The notes: generated by a model from the letters alone, not told the origin. Positions 43,658-54,944 are shown, counted from the stretch's first letter. The stretch is DNA of 64,000 bases from Verrucomicrobia bacterium GWF2_51_19 (GCA_001831095.1 MIDP01000039.1:22621-86620); one strand, 5' to 3'. Numbers and translations: made by a program.

Positions 43658-44620
43658 TCACCCAGGCATTTGCCAATGGATGAGGCCGAGGTGGTAGTCA
43701 TTGATTGGCGGATTGGGGCTGGAATAATAGGCGGTGAGGCAAGTGTTGTTGCGGATCAGGGTGGACGGATAGCCGCAATCGAGGGCGTTTCCCGCAGACA
43801 GGATTTTGAGAACAACGGGTGCCGACCAACGGGCGCCGTCGCTAGAACCGATACGGTACGCGATGGCAAAACAACCGCGGTTGCGAATGGCATAGGTGAG
43901 AAGGACGCGGCTATCGTCGATGCGCGTGAGATCGGCCGGGTGTTGCATTGAGAGCGTCAGTGGGCCGAGGTTCCTCCAATAACGTCCCCATCGTGAGCGA
44001 TAGAGGTGGATATGGTGGTCAAAATGTGTCCGCGTGGCCGCCAGATAGCATTCGTGTGTGCGTATCAGTGCGCATTCGTTGGAGTCGCCCTTACCGAGCT
44101 CGGAACGCTTTGACCACTTATGGCCGCCGTCTTTGGATCTCAAAAAGTAGGTACGGCTGGGTTCTTGTCGACTGAACGCTCGGTAACCCGTACAAAACAG
44201 ATGCCCCTTGTTATTGCTCAAGACGCGGCCAAAGGGAATGAGTGCCGGCAAGCGTTTTGGGAGGTCGAGGTGCTTATCAACGGCCCATGTACGGCCGCCA
44301 TCCGAGGACCGCGAACACCACATTGGCTGCAGGGCTTTTTTTTCGTCGACCGAAACGCCCGATGAAACCACGATCCACTCGCCATTGTAAAGGCCAGCAG
44401 CGATGTGCATGCGATTTGCGCCCGGCTCGTGTGGCGCCGCGATACCGCGTTTTTCCCAATTTTTGCCAAAATCCGCACTGGCCCAACACTCCAAGTCCGC
44501 CTCAGATTCCCCATGCGTTGGCGCGTTGTGCAAGATACAGAAAACCTCCGCCCCGGTGTCTACCAAGACCGGCCAAGCGCAAACTCCTTGTATAGGTATT
44601 GTCGTTTCAACAGTCATCAA
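43658..44620 (-). CDS. BNR-repeat (sialidase-fold) beta-propeller protein
   Basis: Asp-box repeats SADFGKNW, SSDGGRTW and SKDGGHKW. 320 aa with no obvious signal peptide. Confidence 0.6.
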   Translation of the reverse strand: MMTVETTIPIQGVCAWPVLVDTGAEVFCILHNAPTHGESEADLECWASADFGKNWEKRGIAAPHEPGANRMHIAAGLYNGEWIVVSSGVSVDEKKALQPMWCSRSSDGGRTWAVDKHLDLPKRLPALIPFGRVLSNNKGHLFCTGYRAFSRQEPSRTYFLRSKDGGHKWSKRSELGKGDSNECALIRTHECYLAATRTHFDHHIHLYRSRWGRYWRNLGPLTLSMQHPADLTRIDDSRVLLTYAIRNRGCFAIAYRIGSSDGARWSAPVVLKILSAGNALDCGYPSTLIRNNTCLTAYYSSPNPPINDYHLGLIHWQMPG

Positions 44621-45066
44621 AAGTGTACCTCCAGCAGGTATCCTTTTTGCCTCAAAAATGCTAATGTCTGCTGTTCTGCAAGTCGCATCGCTTTGCGTTC
44701 AGCGGGATTGATGTCGTTGTATCCGGCGAGGTGCAGCCAGCCATGGATCAAGTACAACGTGAGTTCTTGTTCCAAAGTATTGTCGTTTTCAGGAGCGACA
44801 ATGCTGGCCCTTTCTGGAGATACGAGGATTTCACCAGCAAAATCAGGATCGTTGACGTAAAATGTTATGACATCAGTAGGGCTAGGATCATCGAGGTAGG
44901 TGGCGTGAATTTGGGCCAATTCGACATCTGGCAAAAAGGCAATTGAGAGCTCACCAGCGGTAATCTGAATATCAAAAGTGTCGAGTAAACGAAACAGAGC
45001 CCGAACGTTATTTTTCTTGCAAGAAAAGCCCTTGACGGCATTGAAAACTTCGACCGGCCTAATCAT
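44617..45066 (-). CDS. ybeY: rRNA maturation endoribonuclease YbeY
   Basis: The motif HGWLHLAGYND (HGxLHLxGYDH-type metal site). 149 aa. Confidence 0.9.
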   Translation of the reverse strand: MIRPVEVFNAVKGFSCKKNNVRALFRLLDTFDIQITAGELSIAFLPDVELAQIHATYLDDPSPTDVITFYVNDPDFAGEILVSPERASIVAPENDNTLEQELTLYLIHGWLHLAGYNDINPAERKAMRLAEQQTLAFLRQKGYLLEVHF

Positions 45067-47402
45067 TGCGGAGTGTCTATGAGAGCCCTATTTTCCTCCT
45101 TCTTCGGGTAGCTGACGCGCGCGTGGAGCATATTGAGGAGGGTGGAGTTGAAGCTCGTTTTGATTTTTTGAATTTCCTGAAAGGTGATCGGGCACTCTTC
45201 CAATTGATGGTCGGCAGTGCGCTCGGCGAAGAGGCGATCGATCAATTCTTCTATGCTCTGCGGCGTCAACTTTTGCAAACTGCGACTGGCGGCCTCGATA
45301 CAGTCGGCGAAAAAGACAATAGCGCTCTCTTTAAAGAGCGGTTTGGGGCCGTCATAGCGGAAGGTGCTCTCCTCAATGGGCTCGTCCGTGTTTGGGTTGT
45401 CCGCACGTAGCTTGAGTGCCTTGTGGTAAAAATACTGAATCAGCGTCGTTCCGTGATGCTGACAAATGATATCTAATACGATTTTTGGCAGCTTTTGTTC
45501 TTTGGCCAACTCAAGACCTTCTTTAACGTGGCTCTTGAGAATCAGGGCGCTCATTGAGGGGTTTTTCTCCTCGTGCGGGTTGATTCCTTCTTTCTGATTT
45601 TCGCTAAAATAGTCGGGCTTGAGGATTTTGCCGATGTCGTGGAAGAGGGCGCTCGCGCGGCAGATAAGTGGGTTGGCGTCGATCTCTACAGCGGCTCTTT
45701 CGGCGAGCGTTGCAACCATGAGGCTGTGGTGATACGTGCCTGGGGCCGACAACTGCAATTTGCGCAAAAGCGGGTGGTTGTAGTCTGTCAATTCAAGCAA
45801 AGTGATGTCGGTGGTGTAGCGGAAGAGGTGTTCCAATAGGGGGAAAATCCCGATCGCCAAAACGCCGGAAATGACGCCATTGGCAATCGACGCGAGCGCC
45901 TGGTATCCGATCATAGTAAAGGAGAACTCATCGATCAGACGACCCACAAAAAAGGCGCAAATGCCCAAAATGACTCCCCCAATGGCACCGGCTCGTATCA
46001 CGCGGCTTCGGAAACGGACATCCCGACAAGCCTGAATACACGCCGCCCCGGCGAGCAAAGCGGGGAATAAGACATCGATGCCGCACCCTTGCATCGCCGC
46101 TGCAAAGGCGCTCAAGAGAAAGGCCATCAGGAGACCAGCCGAGGCATCGATCAGAATGGAGATTAGAATCGTTCCCCAAAAGATTGGCAAAGTAAAAGGC
46201 AATATACCCAAGAAAAAGACATTTTTGCCCAAAAAGACGGAATTACCGAGCTCCATGAGCATGCGCATGAAGAAGAGGTTAAAAAAGAGAACTAGAAAAC
46301 TCATGCCGATACAGCGCTTAGAATAGCGCATGCGGGAAGGAATAATGCGCACGTAGAGGCAGGCAAAGAGCATGACAACGGCAGTAAACAGATAATTGCG
46401 CAAAAAGTGGGTATCAATTCCAAGACCCATTTCTTGACGCTCGCGGACCTTTTGACGGTAAACGTTTAGCTCTTCATACTGCTCGGTCGAGACGATGGCT
46501 CCCCGCGGAATGATGACATCGCCATCTTTTCTCTTAACCACAATAGGATCGGTTGACTCTAGAAAGTTTTGTATGCGTTTTTGTGTCGTCTCCGGGTCGT
46601 AGACAAGGTTGGGCTTTATACCAAGTTTCAAAATGTGGAACAGAGCAGAAGAAATATCTTCTGAAATATCTAAAGCCCAGATATTCATGCGGAGAAAGCG
46701 CATGGCGTCCGCTTCAGACTGAATGTGAGTGTCTTTTTTGCGTCCGTCGATCTCTATGCTTAAAAAATATGGCACATTTTTATCTTGCATGGTCGACGCA
46801 TTGTTTTGGCCGTAAATACCTTCGCGGAAAATTTCTTTTAAAATGAATAGACCCTCGTCAATGAGCACATTGCGCTCTTTGGTGCTTAATTTTTCGAGGA
46901 TCAGGGTGAGATCAGGTGCGTTGAGCTTGAGGTTTTCTTTAGTGGAAAAAGTGTCCCTAAATTCCTTGATGAGCTGTAGGCGGTTAGTATCGTGGCCTTT
47001 GATGATTTTTTCAACTAACTCAGCGAGCTCTTTTTTGAGTAGTTCGATTTTTTGGCTAAAGAGATCATAGACGCTGCGGTCGATCTGGTAAGCGGGGGCA
47101 ACCATTTGCTGGCGTTGCTCCTTGAAGAGCTTGGTGCGCTCCTCGCTCTCATAGGAAAAGTCGAATTCGGCAACAATCTGTACACGAGCCATTTGATTTG
47201 GAATGACCTTGGGCCCCGTTCCTGATTGGTTCCAGAAACACACCCACGAGAGCAACAACGTCGCGCAAACAAACAAGCCTATACTCGTCCACTTGTATTT
47301 TTCGAAAAAGGCAAGGTGTGGGTCTGCATCGATGTCGACGCGCTTCCGACGGGCTTCAACGACGAGGTCCTTTTTGGTTTTTCGTTTGAGAAAGGGAAAC
47401 AT
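45063..47402 (-). CDS. 7TM-receptor HD-domain phosphohydrolase (PgpH/YqfF-like)
   Basis: 779 aa with an extracellular N-domain, seven TM segments, and an HD domain (HHSLMVATLAE...ALFHDIGK...ICQHHGT). Confidence 0.8.
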   Translation of the reverse strand: MFPFLKRKTKKDLVVEARRKRVDIDADPHLAFFEKYKWTSIGLFVCATLLLSWVCFWNQSGTGPKVIPNQMARVQIVAEFDFSYESEERTKLFKEQRQQMVAPAYQIDRSVYDLFSQKIELLKKELAELVEKIIKGHDTNRLQLIKEFRDTFSTKENLKLNAPDLTLILEKLSTKERNVLIDEGLFILKEIFREGIYGQNNASTMQDKNVPYFLSIEIDGRKKDTHIQSEADAMRFLRMNIWALDISEDISSALFHILKLGIKPNLVYDPETTQKRIQNFLESTDPIVVKRKDGDVIIPRGAIVSTEQYEELNVYRQKVRERQEMGLGIDTHFLRNYLFTAVVMLFACLYVRIIPSRMRYSKRCIGMSFLVLFFNLFFMRMLMELGNSVFLGKNVFFLGILPFTLPIFWGTILISILIDASAGLLMAFLLSAFAAAMQGCGIDVLFPALLAGAACIQACRDVRFRSRVIRAGAIGGVILGICAFFVGRLIDEFSFTMIGYQALASIANGVISGVLAIGIFPLLEHLFRYTTDITLLELTDYNHPLLRKLQLSAPGTYHHSLMVATLAERAAVEIDANPLICRASALFHDIGKILKPDYFSENQKEGINPHEEKNPSMSALILKSHVKEGLELAKEQKLPKIVLDIICQHHGTTLIQYFYHKALKLRADNPNTDEPIEESTFRYDGPKPLFKESAIVFFADCIEAASRSLQKLTPQSIEELIDRLFAERTADHQLEECPITFQEIQKIKTSFNSTLLNMLHARVSYPKKEENRALIDTPQ

Positions 47403-47405
47403 AGA

Positions 47406-47900
47406 TTAAATACTTGAATCTGTTTGTAAGTCATTGCCCTTGAGGCGCTTCCATAACTCCAACAACGCTATTGGCAACACACGTGTTTGACCGAGTACCG
47501 GCATAAAATTGGTATCGCCGGTCCAACGTGGGACAATGTGTGCGTGAAGGTGTTGAGGAATGCCGGCTCCAGCGACGGCCCCAAAATTAATTCCTATATT
47601 AAAGCCATGTGGATTTAGACCTCTTTCCAGAATTTGTTTTCCTAGGAGAAGGGCATCAAAGAATTCCAGTTTTTCCTCCTCTGTCAGTGCGAGAATGTCG
47701 GCCACCTCTCTATAGGGAATGACAAGCAGATGGCCGGCGTTGTATGGAAAGCGATTGAGCGCTATGTATACCGTCTTGCCGCGATGGAGAATGAGTCCCT
47801 CTTCGTCGCTCTTTTTGGGAAGATCGACAAAAGGGTTAGCCGCATGCTCTTTAGGAGCCTCGACGTATGCCATCCGCCAATACGAATGTAGGTATTCCAT
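47406..47900 (-). CDS. HIT-family nucleotide hydrolase/transferase
   Basis: NRFPYNAGHLLVIP and the histidine triad GIPQHLHAHIVPRW. Confidence 0.8.
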   Translation of the reverse strand: MEYLHSYWRMAYVEAPKEHAANPFVDLPKKSDEEGLILHRGKTVYIALNRFPYNAGHLLVIPYREVADILALTEEEKLEFFDALLLGKQILERGLNPHGFNIGINFGAVAGAGIPQHLHAHIVPRWTGDTNFMPVLGQTRVLPIALLELWKRLKGNDLQTDSSI

Positions 47901-47945
47901 TCGGTTACTATCTAAAAAAAAATTGAAGAAAACAATCTAAAAAGG

Positions 47946-48752
47946 TCACAGTCGTGTTGCGAAGTCATTCAATACTTTTATGCGATCCGATGACGTATTA
48001 GGTGCGTCTCGGAGCGAGAGAATGAGGCCTTTAACGGCGTCGATGGGGGTAAACAGTAATCCGAAATCGGTAATTTTCTCAAGTTCGTCGGCGTGAAAGA
48101 GATTGCTCTGTTGAAGCGATTGGAGGCCGTTCCAGAGTTGGATCTTTTCTAAAACCTCCTGCAGCGGGACAGTTGGGACGTCATCGAGGGCCATTTCGAT
48201 GGACGAGCGGAGGTGCGCGTTTTCCAAAATTGTCGCAAAGGACGTCTTGAGGGCGATCGTCATATCATTCAGCTCTTCACTGAATGGAAACATGTGTTTG
48301 AGTGTGCCGAGCTGGCGGTTTAATTCGCGGAGTGTGGAGAGGTGTTCGAGGATCTGTTGTGGCTGAGCAACGAGCTTGTCGATACTCTTGTTGTGGAGGT
48401 CTGGGTAACGCTTTTTTATCTCTTTCAACAGCGACTGTATGGGCAGGCCGACGTCCTTAAACAGGCACTTTTTGATATTTTTAGCTTGTCGTTGGCTGAT
48501 GGCGCCACGGACTTCGCGGTTGTGGAGGCTCTTTGGAATATCGCCCTCGCGAATGCCCTCGCTGAGGGCCTTTTTGAAGTTGTGGGCGCGCACGGCCCGC
48601 CTCAAGAGCCCCGCCCGCACTGTTTTATTGGGGTCTACGATGTGGGCCTCGCCGGTCTTGGTCAAATGTAAAAACGAGCGCTTGCCAGATTGATCGGCTG
48701 TAAAAGATGAAAACTGCTCTGCAGCCTTCCAGCTGTTTCCGTTAATCTTCAT
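47946..48752 (-). CDS. Hypothetical protein (268 aa, helical, no signal peptide)
   Basis: Long ORF with coding-like composition and no motif I recognise. Confidence 0.45.
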   Translation of the reverse strand: MKINGNSWKAAEQFSSFTADQSGKRSFLHLTKTGEAHIVDPNKTVRAGLLRRAVRAHNFKKALSEGIREGDIPKSLHNREVRGAISQRQAKNIKKCLFKDVGLPIQSLLKEIKKRYPDLHNKSIDKLVAQPQQILEHLSTLRELNRQLGTLKHMFPFSEELNDMTIALKTSFATILENAHLRSSIEMALDDVPTVPLQEVLEKIQLWNGLQSLQQSNLFHADELEKITDFGLLFTPIDAVKGLILSLRDAPNTSSDRIKVLNDFATRL

Positions 48753-48881
48753 ACTGCCTACATGATAGCATTTTTATAACCCACTGGTCAATGCTGAAAA
48801 AATATAAGTTTAGACTAGAAAAAATACTCAAGAACTGCTTTGCTAATGTCAACTCTCTTTAATATTAACATCAAGGAGCGA

Positions 48882-49003
48882 GCCGGCATGAAAAATGGCT
48901 CTAGAGCAAGGCCCGAGGAGCGAGGGCGACAGGAGCCTACTTAAGGTAGGTGACTTAGCCCGAACGCCGCGAAACGCCGCTATAGACCATTTTCCGTGTC
49001 GGC
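48882..49003. repeat. R1 repeat, copy 7
   Basis: Arms GCCGGCATGAAAAATGG and CCATTTTCCGTGTCGGC; two of the three arm differences are G:T-type. The apical hairpin is CCTAC ttaag GTAGG. The element ends 7 nt before the ybaB ATG. Confidence 0.85.
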
Positions 49004-49010
49004 CAGAATT

Positions 49011-49319
49011 ATGGCAGGTGTAGGAAAATTACTCAAGCAAGCACAAAAGATGCAAAAGCAAATGGAGCAGCTCCAGCAGGAACAGGCTCAGAAACGTTAC
49101 GAGGTGTCGGGTGGCGGCGGGGCTGTCAAGGCAACAGTCAACGGCCAGGGTGAGCTGTTGGCGCTCGCGATCGACGCCGAATTTCTCAAGGAAGACAAGG
49201 GGCTGATCGAAGAGACGCTCTTGTCGACCATTCAGGAAGCGATGCGTAAGGCCAAGGCCAACAGCGAATCGGCAATGCAGGGCCTTTCGGGCGGCTTGGG
49301 CTTCCCGGGACTGATGTAA
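49011..49319 (+). CDS. ybaB: Nucleoid-associated protein YbaB/EbfC
   Basis: MAGVGKLLKQAQKMQKQMEQLQ...VSGGGGAVKATVNGQGELLAL. Confidence 0.9.
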   Translation: MAGVGKLLKQAQKMQKQMEQLQQEQAQKRYEVSGGGGAVKATVNGQGELLALAIDAEFLKEDKGLIEETLLSTIQEAMRKAKANSESAMQGLSGGLGFPGLM

Positions 49320-49321
49320 CC

Positions 49322-50401
49322 ATGGCCGACTTTGCGTGCAGTTTTGTATCCAGTAACGACGAGTTTTTGGCCAAAACCAAGGCACAGGAAATCTTCGCCA
49401 TCGCAATCGACGGACTCAACCCGTTCGCAGCAGAAACGATCGACGGTAATGTTCAAAACCTCGCCGAGCTAGAAAAAGTCTTCGAACGCCTGATGGAGGC
49501 CCTCACGACGCCGTCGTTGTTTGGCGATCAAAAGGTCGTTTGGCTGCGTCAGGTCAACTTTTTGACCGACTCCCAAACGGGCAAATCGGAACGCGCCAAG
49601 GAGATCGTCGAGGCCATTCAAGAGGCCATTCCCAGCCTCGTCAACACCACTTTCATCATCAGCGCGGCGCCCGTCGATCGCCGTACACGCGCGTTCAAGT
49701 GGTTTTCGACGCACACCGACTTTTCCTTTCTCGAGGCTCAAAAGGACCCGCAGGCCCTGAAGGACGCCATTAACGATGTCCTGAAAAAGGCGCACAAGGG
49801 CATCACTTCAAAAGCGCTCGATAACCTCCTCCAAAAGACCGACAACAACGCCCGCCTCGCCCTGAGTGAGACCGAAAAGCTAATCACCTTTCTCGGCGAC
49901 GACCCCACGATCGACGAAACGCTCGTCCATGCACTGGTTGCGGACGTCAGCGAAGATTTTTTTGAGTTCGTCGAGGCCTTCTTTTCGAAAAACTGGAAAT
50001 GGACGCTCGAGGCCCTCAATCGCTATTTTTTCAACAATAAAGAGGGCCGGCCGCTGCTCACTTCGCTGCAAAATCGCCTGCGCATCCTCATCCAAATCCG
50101 CGCCCTCCTCGATGCCGGCGAATGGCGTCTCGACTCCCGCGGCGTCGATCCACGCTCCTTTCAGGCGTCCAAAGCCAAATACGAGCCGTTTTTCGATTCA
50201 CATGAAAAGTCCTCCTTCAACCTCTGGACGCAGAACCCATGGTACCTCGGCAACATAGCCAAGTCCGCCCAACGCTTTACACTCGTCGAGCTGCTCTCAC
50301 TTCAAACGGCCGCCCTCGCGCTCTTCGAATCCCTCCTGGACTCCAGCATGTCTCAAAGAGACGCCTTTGAACGCTTTTGCCAGCACGCAAACATTGGGTA
50401 A
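49322..50401 (+). CDS. holA: DNA polymerase III subunit delta (probable)
   Basis: 359 aa with size and helical pattern typical of HolA (LFGDQKVVWLRQVNFL...). Sequence motifs are weak. Confidence 0.55.
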   Translation: MADFACSFVSSNDEFLAKTKAQEIFAIAIDGLNPFAAETIDGNVQNLAELEKVFERLMEALTTPSLFGDQKVVWLRQVNFLTDSQTGKSERAKEIVEAIQEAIPSLVNTTFIISAAPVDRRTRAFKWFSTHTDFSFLEAQKDPQALKDAINDVLKKAHKGITSKALDNLLQKTDNNARLALSETEKLITFLGDDPTIDETLVHALVADVSEDFFEFVEAFFSKNWKWTLEALNRYFFNNKEGRPLLTSLQNRLRILIQIRALLDAGEWRLDSRGVDPRSFQASKAKYEPFFDSHEKSSFNLWTQNPWYLGNIAKSAQRFTLVELLSLQTAALALFESLLDSSMSQRDAFERFCQHANIG

Positions 50402-50407
50402 AGTCCG

Positions 50408-51157
50408 CTATACTTGGCGGATGTAGGCAGACAAATTGTACTCCAAAAAGGTGCGTTTGATGGTGAATCCGAGCTTTTTATACAGCTTTTCAGCCATGGC
50501 AGTAGACGTCAAAATGGCCGTGAGGGCGCCTCGGCGGCGGGCATCCATGAGTGCTGTGTAGGAAACGGCCTCACCGAGACCGAGACGGCGCGCCTCAATG
50601 TGCGTGTTGACAAAAAACAGGCCAACGATATCGCCATCCAAAATTACCAGACTCGTCGACAACGGTTTCCCTTTGAAATAGCCAAGGTATAACATGCAAT
50701 CGTCTCCACATTGCTTTAACAGCGGACTTGCAAAGGCACGGGTCTGATCGACTTGTTTTTGAATGCGGCCCTGAGAGGCAATCTCGCACCAAATGCTCAG
50801 ATCATTCTCGTTTTCGACACGCTTAATGGTGATGTCTGGATTGAGCGTGATGGATGTTATCGAGTCTAATCGACAGACCATTTCTGGAACGGGATACGGG
50901 GCCTGCGCCGAACAAGATTTGAGCAATGTTTGTGATTTTGCACGTTCGTCGATATACCAGTAAACCAATGCAAAGCGGTAGGTCTCTCGAGTTTTTCTGA
51001 CAAACAGAGCATTTTCAATCTCTTCTTCCGTCCACACAAAGACCTTGTTCTGCGTCTTTAAGACCGTACTGCTGCCCATTTCGGCATGCGAAAACCCATC
51101 AGCCAGGTTCAGACACATCCACGACTTTTTTAAAAGACTGATAACAGAGAGGTCCAC
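50408..51157 (-). CDS. GNAT-family N-acetyltransferase
   Basis: The C-terminal half has VNTHIEARRLGLGEAVSYTAL (the R/Q-x-x-G-x-G/A acetyl-CoA site). Confidence 0.6.
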   Translation of the reverse strand: MDLSVISLLKKSWMCLNLADGFSHAEMGSSTVLKTQNKVFVWTEEEIENALFVRKTRETYRFALVYWYIDERAKSQTLLKSCSAQAPYPVPEMVCRLDSITSITLNPDITIKRVENENDLSIWCEIASQGRIQKQVDQTRAFASPLLKQCGDDCMLYLGYFKGKPLSTSLVILDGDIVGLFFVNTHIEARRLGLGEAVSYTALMDARRRGALTAILTSTAMAEKLYKKLGFTIKRTFLEYNLSAYIRQV

Positions 51158-51206
51158 ACTATTGAAATATCGTCCAAAAAATGGACAGCCTTTAATGAAA
51201 AGCGGT

Positions 51207-51791
51207 TTACTCGGTCTTCTTACCTAAGGCTGCACGAATGAGCGCTTCTGTGGAGGTCTTGGAGCCGAGTTTTTTGTAGAGAGGGAGGAGGACCTTTTCG
51301 GCGTCTTGCGGCTTGTAGCCCAGGGCGAGGAGAGCTGAAATAGCTTCTTGGAGCCGTGGTGGAGGCAGAGCGGCGGGTGTTAATTCCGGCAATTTCTTGT
51401 CTTGCAGTTCCAAAACGATGCGTTCTGCCGTCTTCTTGCCTATGCCTGGACACTCGGAAAGCAGTTTGACGTCATTCTGCGCGATGGCCATTTTGAGCGT
51501 TGACAGCGGTAATTTGCTGAAAATAGACAGGGCCGTTTTAGGACCGACGCCGGAAACCTTGTCGACGATGAGGCGGAAAAAGTCGCGTTCGGGCTGCGTC
51601 GCAAACCCGTAAAGCGTCTGGGCGTCCTCGCGGTAGACGGCGTGGATAAAGAGCTTGACGTGCTTATCGACTGCCGGTAGCGCATCATAGGTGGACAGCG
51701 GAATCCAGACCTGATAGCCGATGCCCTGTGTCTCAACTGTAACGGTGAGCGGTCCTTTTTCGACCAGTGTGCCTTGTAATGAAACGATCAT
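51207..51791 (-). CDS. ruvA: Holliday junction DNA helicase RuvA
   Basis: [31 protein letters not shown]..., with HhH motifs (VSGVGPKTAL and PGIGKKTAERI). Confidence 0.9.
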   Translation of the reverse strand: MIVSLQGTLVEKGPLTVTVETQGIGYQVWIPLSTYDALPAVDKHVKLFIHAVYREDAQTLYGFATQPERDFFRLIVDKVSGVGPKTALSIFSKLPLSTLKMAIAQNDVKLLSECPGIGKKTAERIVLELQDKKLPELTPAALPPPRLQEAISALLALGYKPQDAEKVLLPLYKKLGSKTSTEALIRAALGKKTE

Positions 51792-52465
51792 AGTATGTCT
51801 TTTATGGAATAGAGCCCAGGTGATTTATCAATAACCCACTGAGCCGCCTTGAGAGCGCCCTCGGCAAAGATATCACGATTCGTCGCGCGATGGGTGAGCT
51901 CGAGGCGTTCCGCGTTTCCGAAAAAAAACACCGTGTGCTCGCCAATCACCTGCCCGCCCCTCAGTGCCGCTATGCCGATCTCGTCTGGCGCGCGCATGTG
52001 GGCCCCCTGTCGACCGAGAACAATGTTGTCGCCCAATGACTTAGCCAATGTTAGGGCCGTGCCGCTGGGGGCGTCTTTTTTCTGTTTGTGGTGAATCTCC
52101 TGGATCTCAACCTGGAAGTCCGGTAGGGCCTTTCTCGCCGCCCTGACGAGCGCTCCAAGGACCGCCATGCCCATGGAAAAGTTACTGGCGTGCACAATGG
52201 GTACCGCTTTTGCCGCTTCACAAATAGATGCCATTTGGAGGTCCGTGTAGCCCGTTGTGCCAATCACAATAGGCTTTTTCAGTGAAAGTGCGCCCGCAAG
52301 CAGCCTTTTAAGCGCATCTGGGTGTGAGAAATCTACCCAAACATCGGCCGTTGCTCCAACGACAGACAGGTCATCATCCCGATCCGCCATAATGACGTCC
52401 CAGACGCCTGCAAGCTCTTTCACCTTGCAGCCCATGCGACCTTTACCGTGTATTAGCAATATCAT
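51788..52465 (-). CDS. dapB: 4-hydroxy-tetrahydrodipicolinate reductase
   Basis: [16 protein letters not shown] signature. Start placed at [12 protein letters not shown]. Confidence 0.85.
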   Translation of the reverse strand: MILLIHGKGRMGCKVKELAGVWDVIMADRDDDLSVVGATADVWVDFSHPDALKRLLAGALSLKKPIVIGTTGYTDLQMASICEAAKAVPIVHASNFSMGMAVLGALVRAARKALPDFQVEIQEIHHKQKKDAPSGTALTLAKSLGDNIVLGRQGAHMRAPDEIGIAALRGGQVIGEHTVFFFGNAERLELTHRATNRDIFAEGALKAAQWVIDKSPGLYSIKDIL

Positions 52466-53262
52466 GCTGTCTTCCAAACCGCCAGAACAGACTCAACCAA
52501 GGCCGGAAACTCCTTTAACGGAATCTGGCTGTCGGCGTCGGAAATTGCCTTTTCCGGACAGGGGTGTGTTTCGATGAAGAGCCCGTTTGCGCCAGCTGCC
52601 AGGGCCGCCTTCGCGAGCGGAAGAACGTACTGCCGCTCTCCACTGCTCTTTCCACCACCCGCTCCCGGCAATTGCACACTGTGAGTCGCGTCAAAGACCG
52701 TCGGGGCGTCGTTTTCCGCCATAATGCTGAAAGAACGCATGTCCACGATCAGTCTATTGTAGCCAAACGTCGTCCCGCGCTCCGTCTGCCAGATTTCTTT
52801 CGCCCCAGATGCCCGCAAACGCTCCACAATGAATTGCATCTCATTGGGCGAGAGAAACTGTCCCTTCTTGACGTTGACCGCCCGCCCAGACTGCGCCGCC
52901 GCAACGAGGAGGTCCGTCTGCCGACACAGAAAGGCCGGTATCTGCAAAACATCACAGACTTCCGCAATCGCCGGTACCTGGTCCGGTAAGTGCACATCCG
53001 TCAACACTGGCAACCCATACTTCATGCGGATCTTTTCTAAAATCTTCAGCCCCTCCTCCTCACCGGGCCCACGCTTGCCGCTCACCGACATTCGGTTAGC
53101 CTTGTCAAACGACCCCTTGAAAATAAACTGAATGTCCACGTGCTTCTTTTGCAAATCGGCTATCTTTTCAGCCACAGTAAACGATATAGACTCATTTTCG
53201 AGCGAACACGGACCCGCGATGAATAGCAATTTGTTCGCATTGTAAATAAGGTTATTTTTCAT
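52462..53262 (-). CDS. kdsA: 3-deoxy-8-phosphooctulonate synthase
   Basis: [42 protein letters not shown]. Confidence 0.9.
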   Translation of the reverse strand: MKNNLIYNANKLLFIAGPCSLENESISFTVAEKIADLQKKHVDIQFIFKGSFDKANRMSVSGKRGPGEEEGLKILEKIRMKYGLPVLTDVHLPDQVPAIAEVCDVLQIPAFLCRQTDLLVAAAQSGRAVNVKKGQFLSPNEMQFIVERLRASGAKEIWQTERGTTFGYNRLIVDMRSFSIMAENDAPTVFDATHSVQLPGAGGGKSSGERQYVLPLAKAALAAGANGLFIETHPCPEKAISDADSQIPLKEFPALVESVLAVWKTA

Positions 53263-54850
53263 AAGTTTTTTGAGTTGCTGCTATAAACGATTCAAAGAGT
53301 GGGTGGGCGGCGTTAGGTTTGGATTGGAATTCGGGGTGAAACTGGACGCCTACAAACCAGCGATTGTGAGGATTTTCGATCATTTCGACGAGGTTGAGGG
53401 CTTCGTTGTGGCCCGAAAAGACGAGGCCAGCGGTCTCGAAGGCCTGTTTGTAGGTGTTATTGAGCTCATAACGGTGGCGGTGGCGTTCCGATATCTTGTG
53501 CTTTTTGTAGATGGCGTGTGCGAGTGTGTTGTCTTTCAGCGTGCAATCAAAGGCGCCTAGACGCATGGACGCGCCCTTGCCTTCAACCTTTTTCTGCGTC
53601 TCCATGATATCGATAACGGCGTGTTCGGTCTTCGGGTCGAACTCGGTGCTGTTGGCGTTTAGGCAGATCACGTTGCGGGCAAACTCGATCACTGCAATTT
53701 GCATGCCCAGGCAAATTCCAAAATAGGGAATGTCGTGCTCGCGGGCGTAACGGGCGGCGGCAATTTTGCCCTCTGTGCCGCGATTCCCAAATCCTCCGGG
53801 CACCAAAATGCCGTTAACGTTGCTCAAGTGAGCCTCGACGCCGTCCGCTTCGATGGCTTCTGCGTCGATTCGGATAACCTCTACGCGGCAGTTGTTGGCG
53901 ATTCCACCGTGCGTCAGCGACTCGTAGACCGATTTGTAGGCATCCTGCAGTTCTACGTATTTGCCGACTAGGGCAATGCGAACCTTTCCTTCGGGGTACT
54001 TGAGGCGATTGACGACTTTTTCCCACTCAGACATGTCGATGGAGTTGCTGGCGAGGCCGAGCTTTTCGAGAACGAGGACATCGAGCTTTTCAGCGTGCAG
54101 GGCGAGTGGCAGCTCATAAATGGAGCATTCGAGGTCCTTTTCTTCAATGACAGCGCGTTCTGGAACGTTGCAAAAGAGGCTCAACTTTTTGCGGAGGTCC
54201 TGATCGAGGGTTTTCTCCGTGCGGCAGACGAGAATGTCGGGCTGTATGCCGATCTCGCGTAGGCGCGCGACGCTCTGTTGTGACGGTTTGCTCTTGAGCT
54301 CCCCAGCGGCCCTCAGGTAAGGGATCAGTGTGACGTGAACAAACAGGACGTTTTCGCGGCCCTTCTCGAGTGCGAATTGCCGCAATCCTTCTAAAATCGG
54401 CAGGCCCTCGATGTCGCCAATTGTTCCACCGATCTCCGTAATGACGATGTCGTAAGCGCCTTCTTCGGTCGCCCCGAGACACTTTTTAACCTGGTCCGTG
54501 ACGTGCGGAATGACCTGGACCGTGCTGCCCAAATAGTCGCCGCGGCGCTCTTTTCGTAAAACTTCGGCGTAGACTTGGCCCGACGATACACTGTTGGCGC
54601 GGCTCAGTTTGCAGTGGGTGAAACGTTCGTAATGGCCGAGGTCGAGGTCAGTTTCAGCGCCGTCTTCGAGGACGTACACCTCGCCGTGCTGAAAGGGACT
54701 CATGGTGCCAGGGTCAACGTTCAAATAGGGGTCAAACTTCTGCAACGAAACGCGGTAACCCCTGCCTTCCAGCAACGCGCCCAACGACGCAGCCGTCAGC
54801 CCTTTTCCCAATGAAGAAACCACGCCACCCGTTATGAAAATATGCTTCAT
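53252..54850 (-). CDS. pyrG: CTP synthase
   Basis: [17 protein letters not shown]..., with the GATase site GICLGMQ. 532 aa. Confidence 0.95.
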   Translation of the reverse strand: MKHIFITGGVVSSLGKGLTAASLGALLEGRGYRVSLQKFDPYLNVDPGTMSPFQHGEVYVLEDGAETDLDLGHYERFTHCKLSRANSVSSGQVYAEVLRKERRGDYLGSTVQVIPHVTDQVKKCLGATEEGAYDIVITEIGGTIGDIEGLPILEGLRQFALEKGRENVLFVHVTLIPYLRAAGELKSKPSQQSVARLREIGIQPDILVCRTEKTLDQDLRKKLSLFCNVPERAVIEEKDLECSIYELPLALHAEKLDVLVLEKLGLASNSIDMSEWEKVVNRLKYPEGKVRIALVGKYVELQDAYKSVYESLTHGGIANNCRVEVIRIDAEAIEADGVEAHLSNVNGILVPGGFGNRGTEGKIAAARYAREHDIPYFGICLGMQIAVIEFARNVICLNANSTEFDPKTEHAVIDIMETQKKVEGKGASMRLGAFDCTLKDNTLAHAIYKKHKISERHRHRYELNNTYKQAFETAGLVFSGHNEALNLVEMIENPHNRWFVGVQFHPEFQSKPNAAHPLFESFIAATQKTYEK

Positions 54851-54944
54851 GGGAGAACCAAGGTAACACTTTATTGGCGACTATCAAGAGGAAAAATATC
54901 CAAAAGGCTAGCGTTGAATAAGTCTGGATGACCAGATAGTCTCG

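Noticed and set aside
48888-48944. Mini-ORF inside R1 copy 7 with a good SD (AAGGAG, then 9 nt, then ATG; MKNGSRARPEERGRQEPT).
   Set aside because: The SD and ATG lie in the copy-specific arm and flank and are absent from the other nine sites. The reading frame is not preserved among copies.
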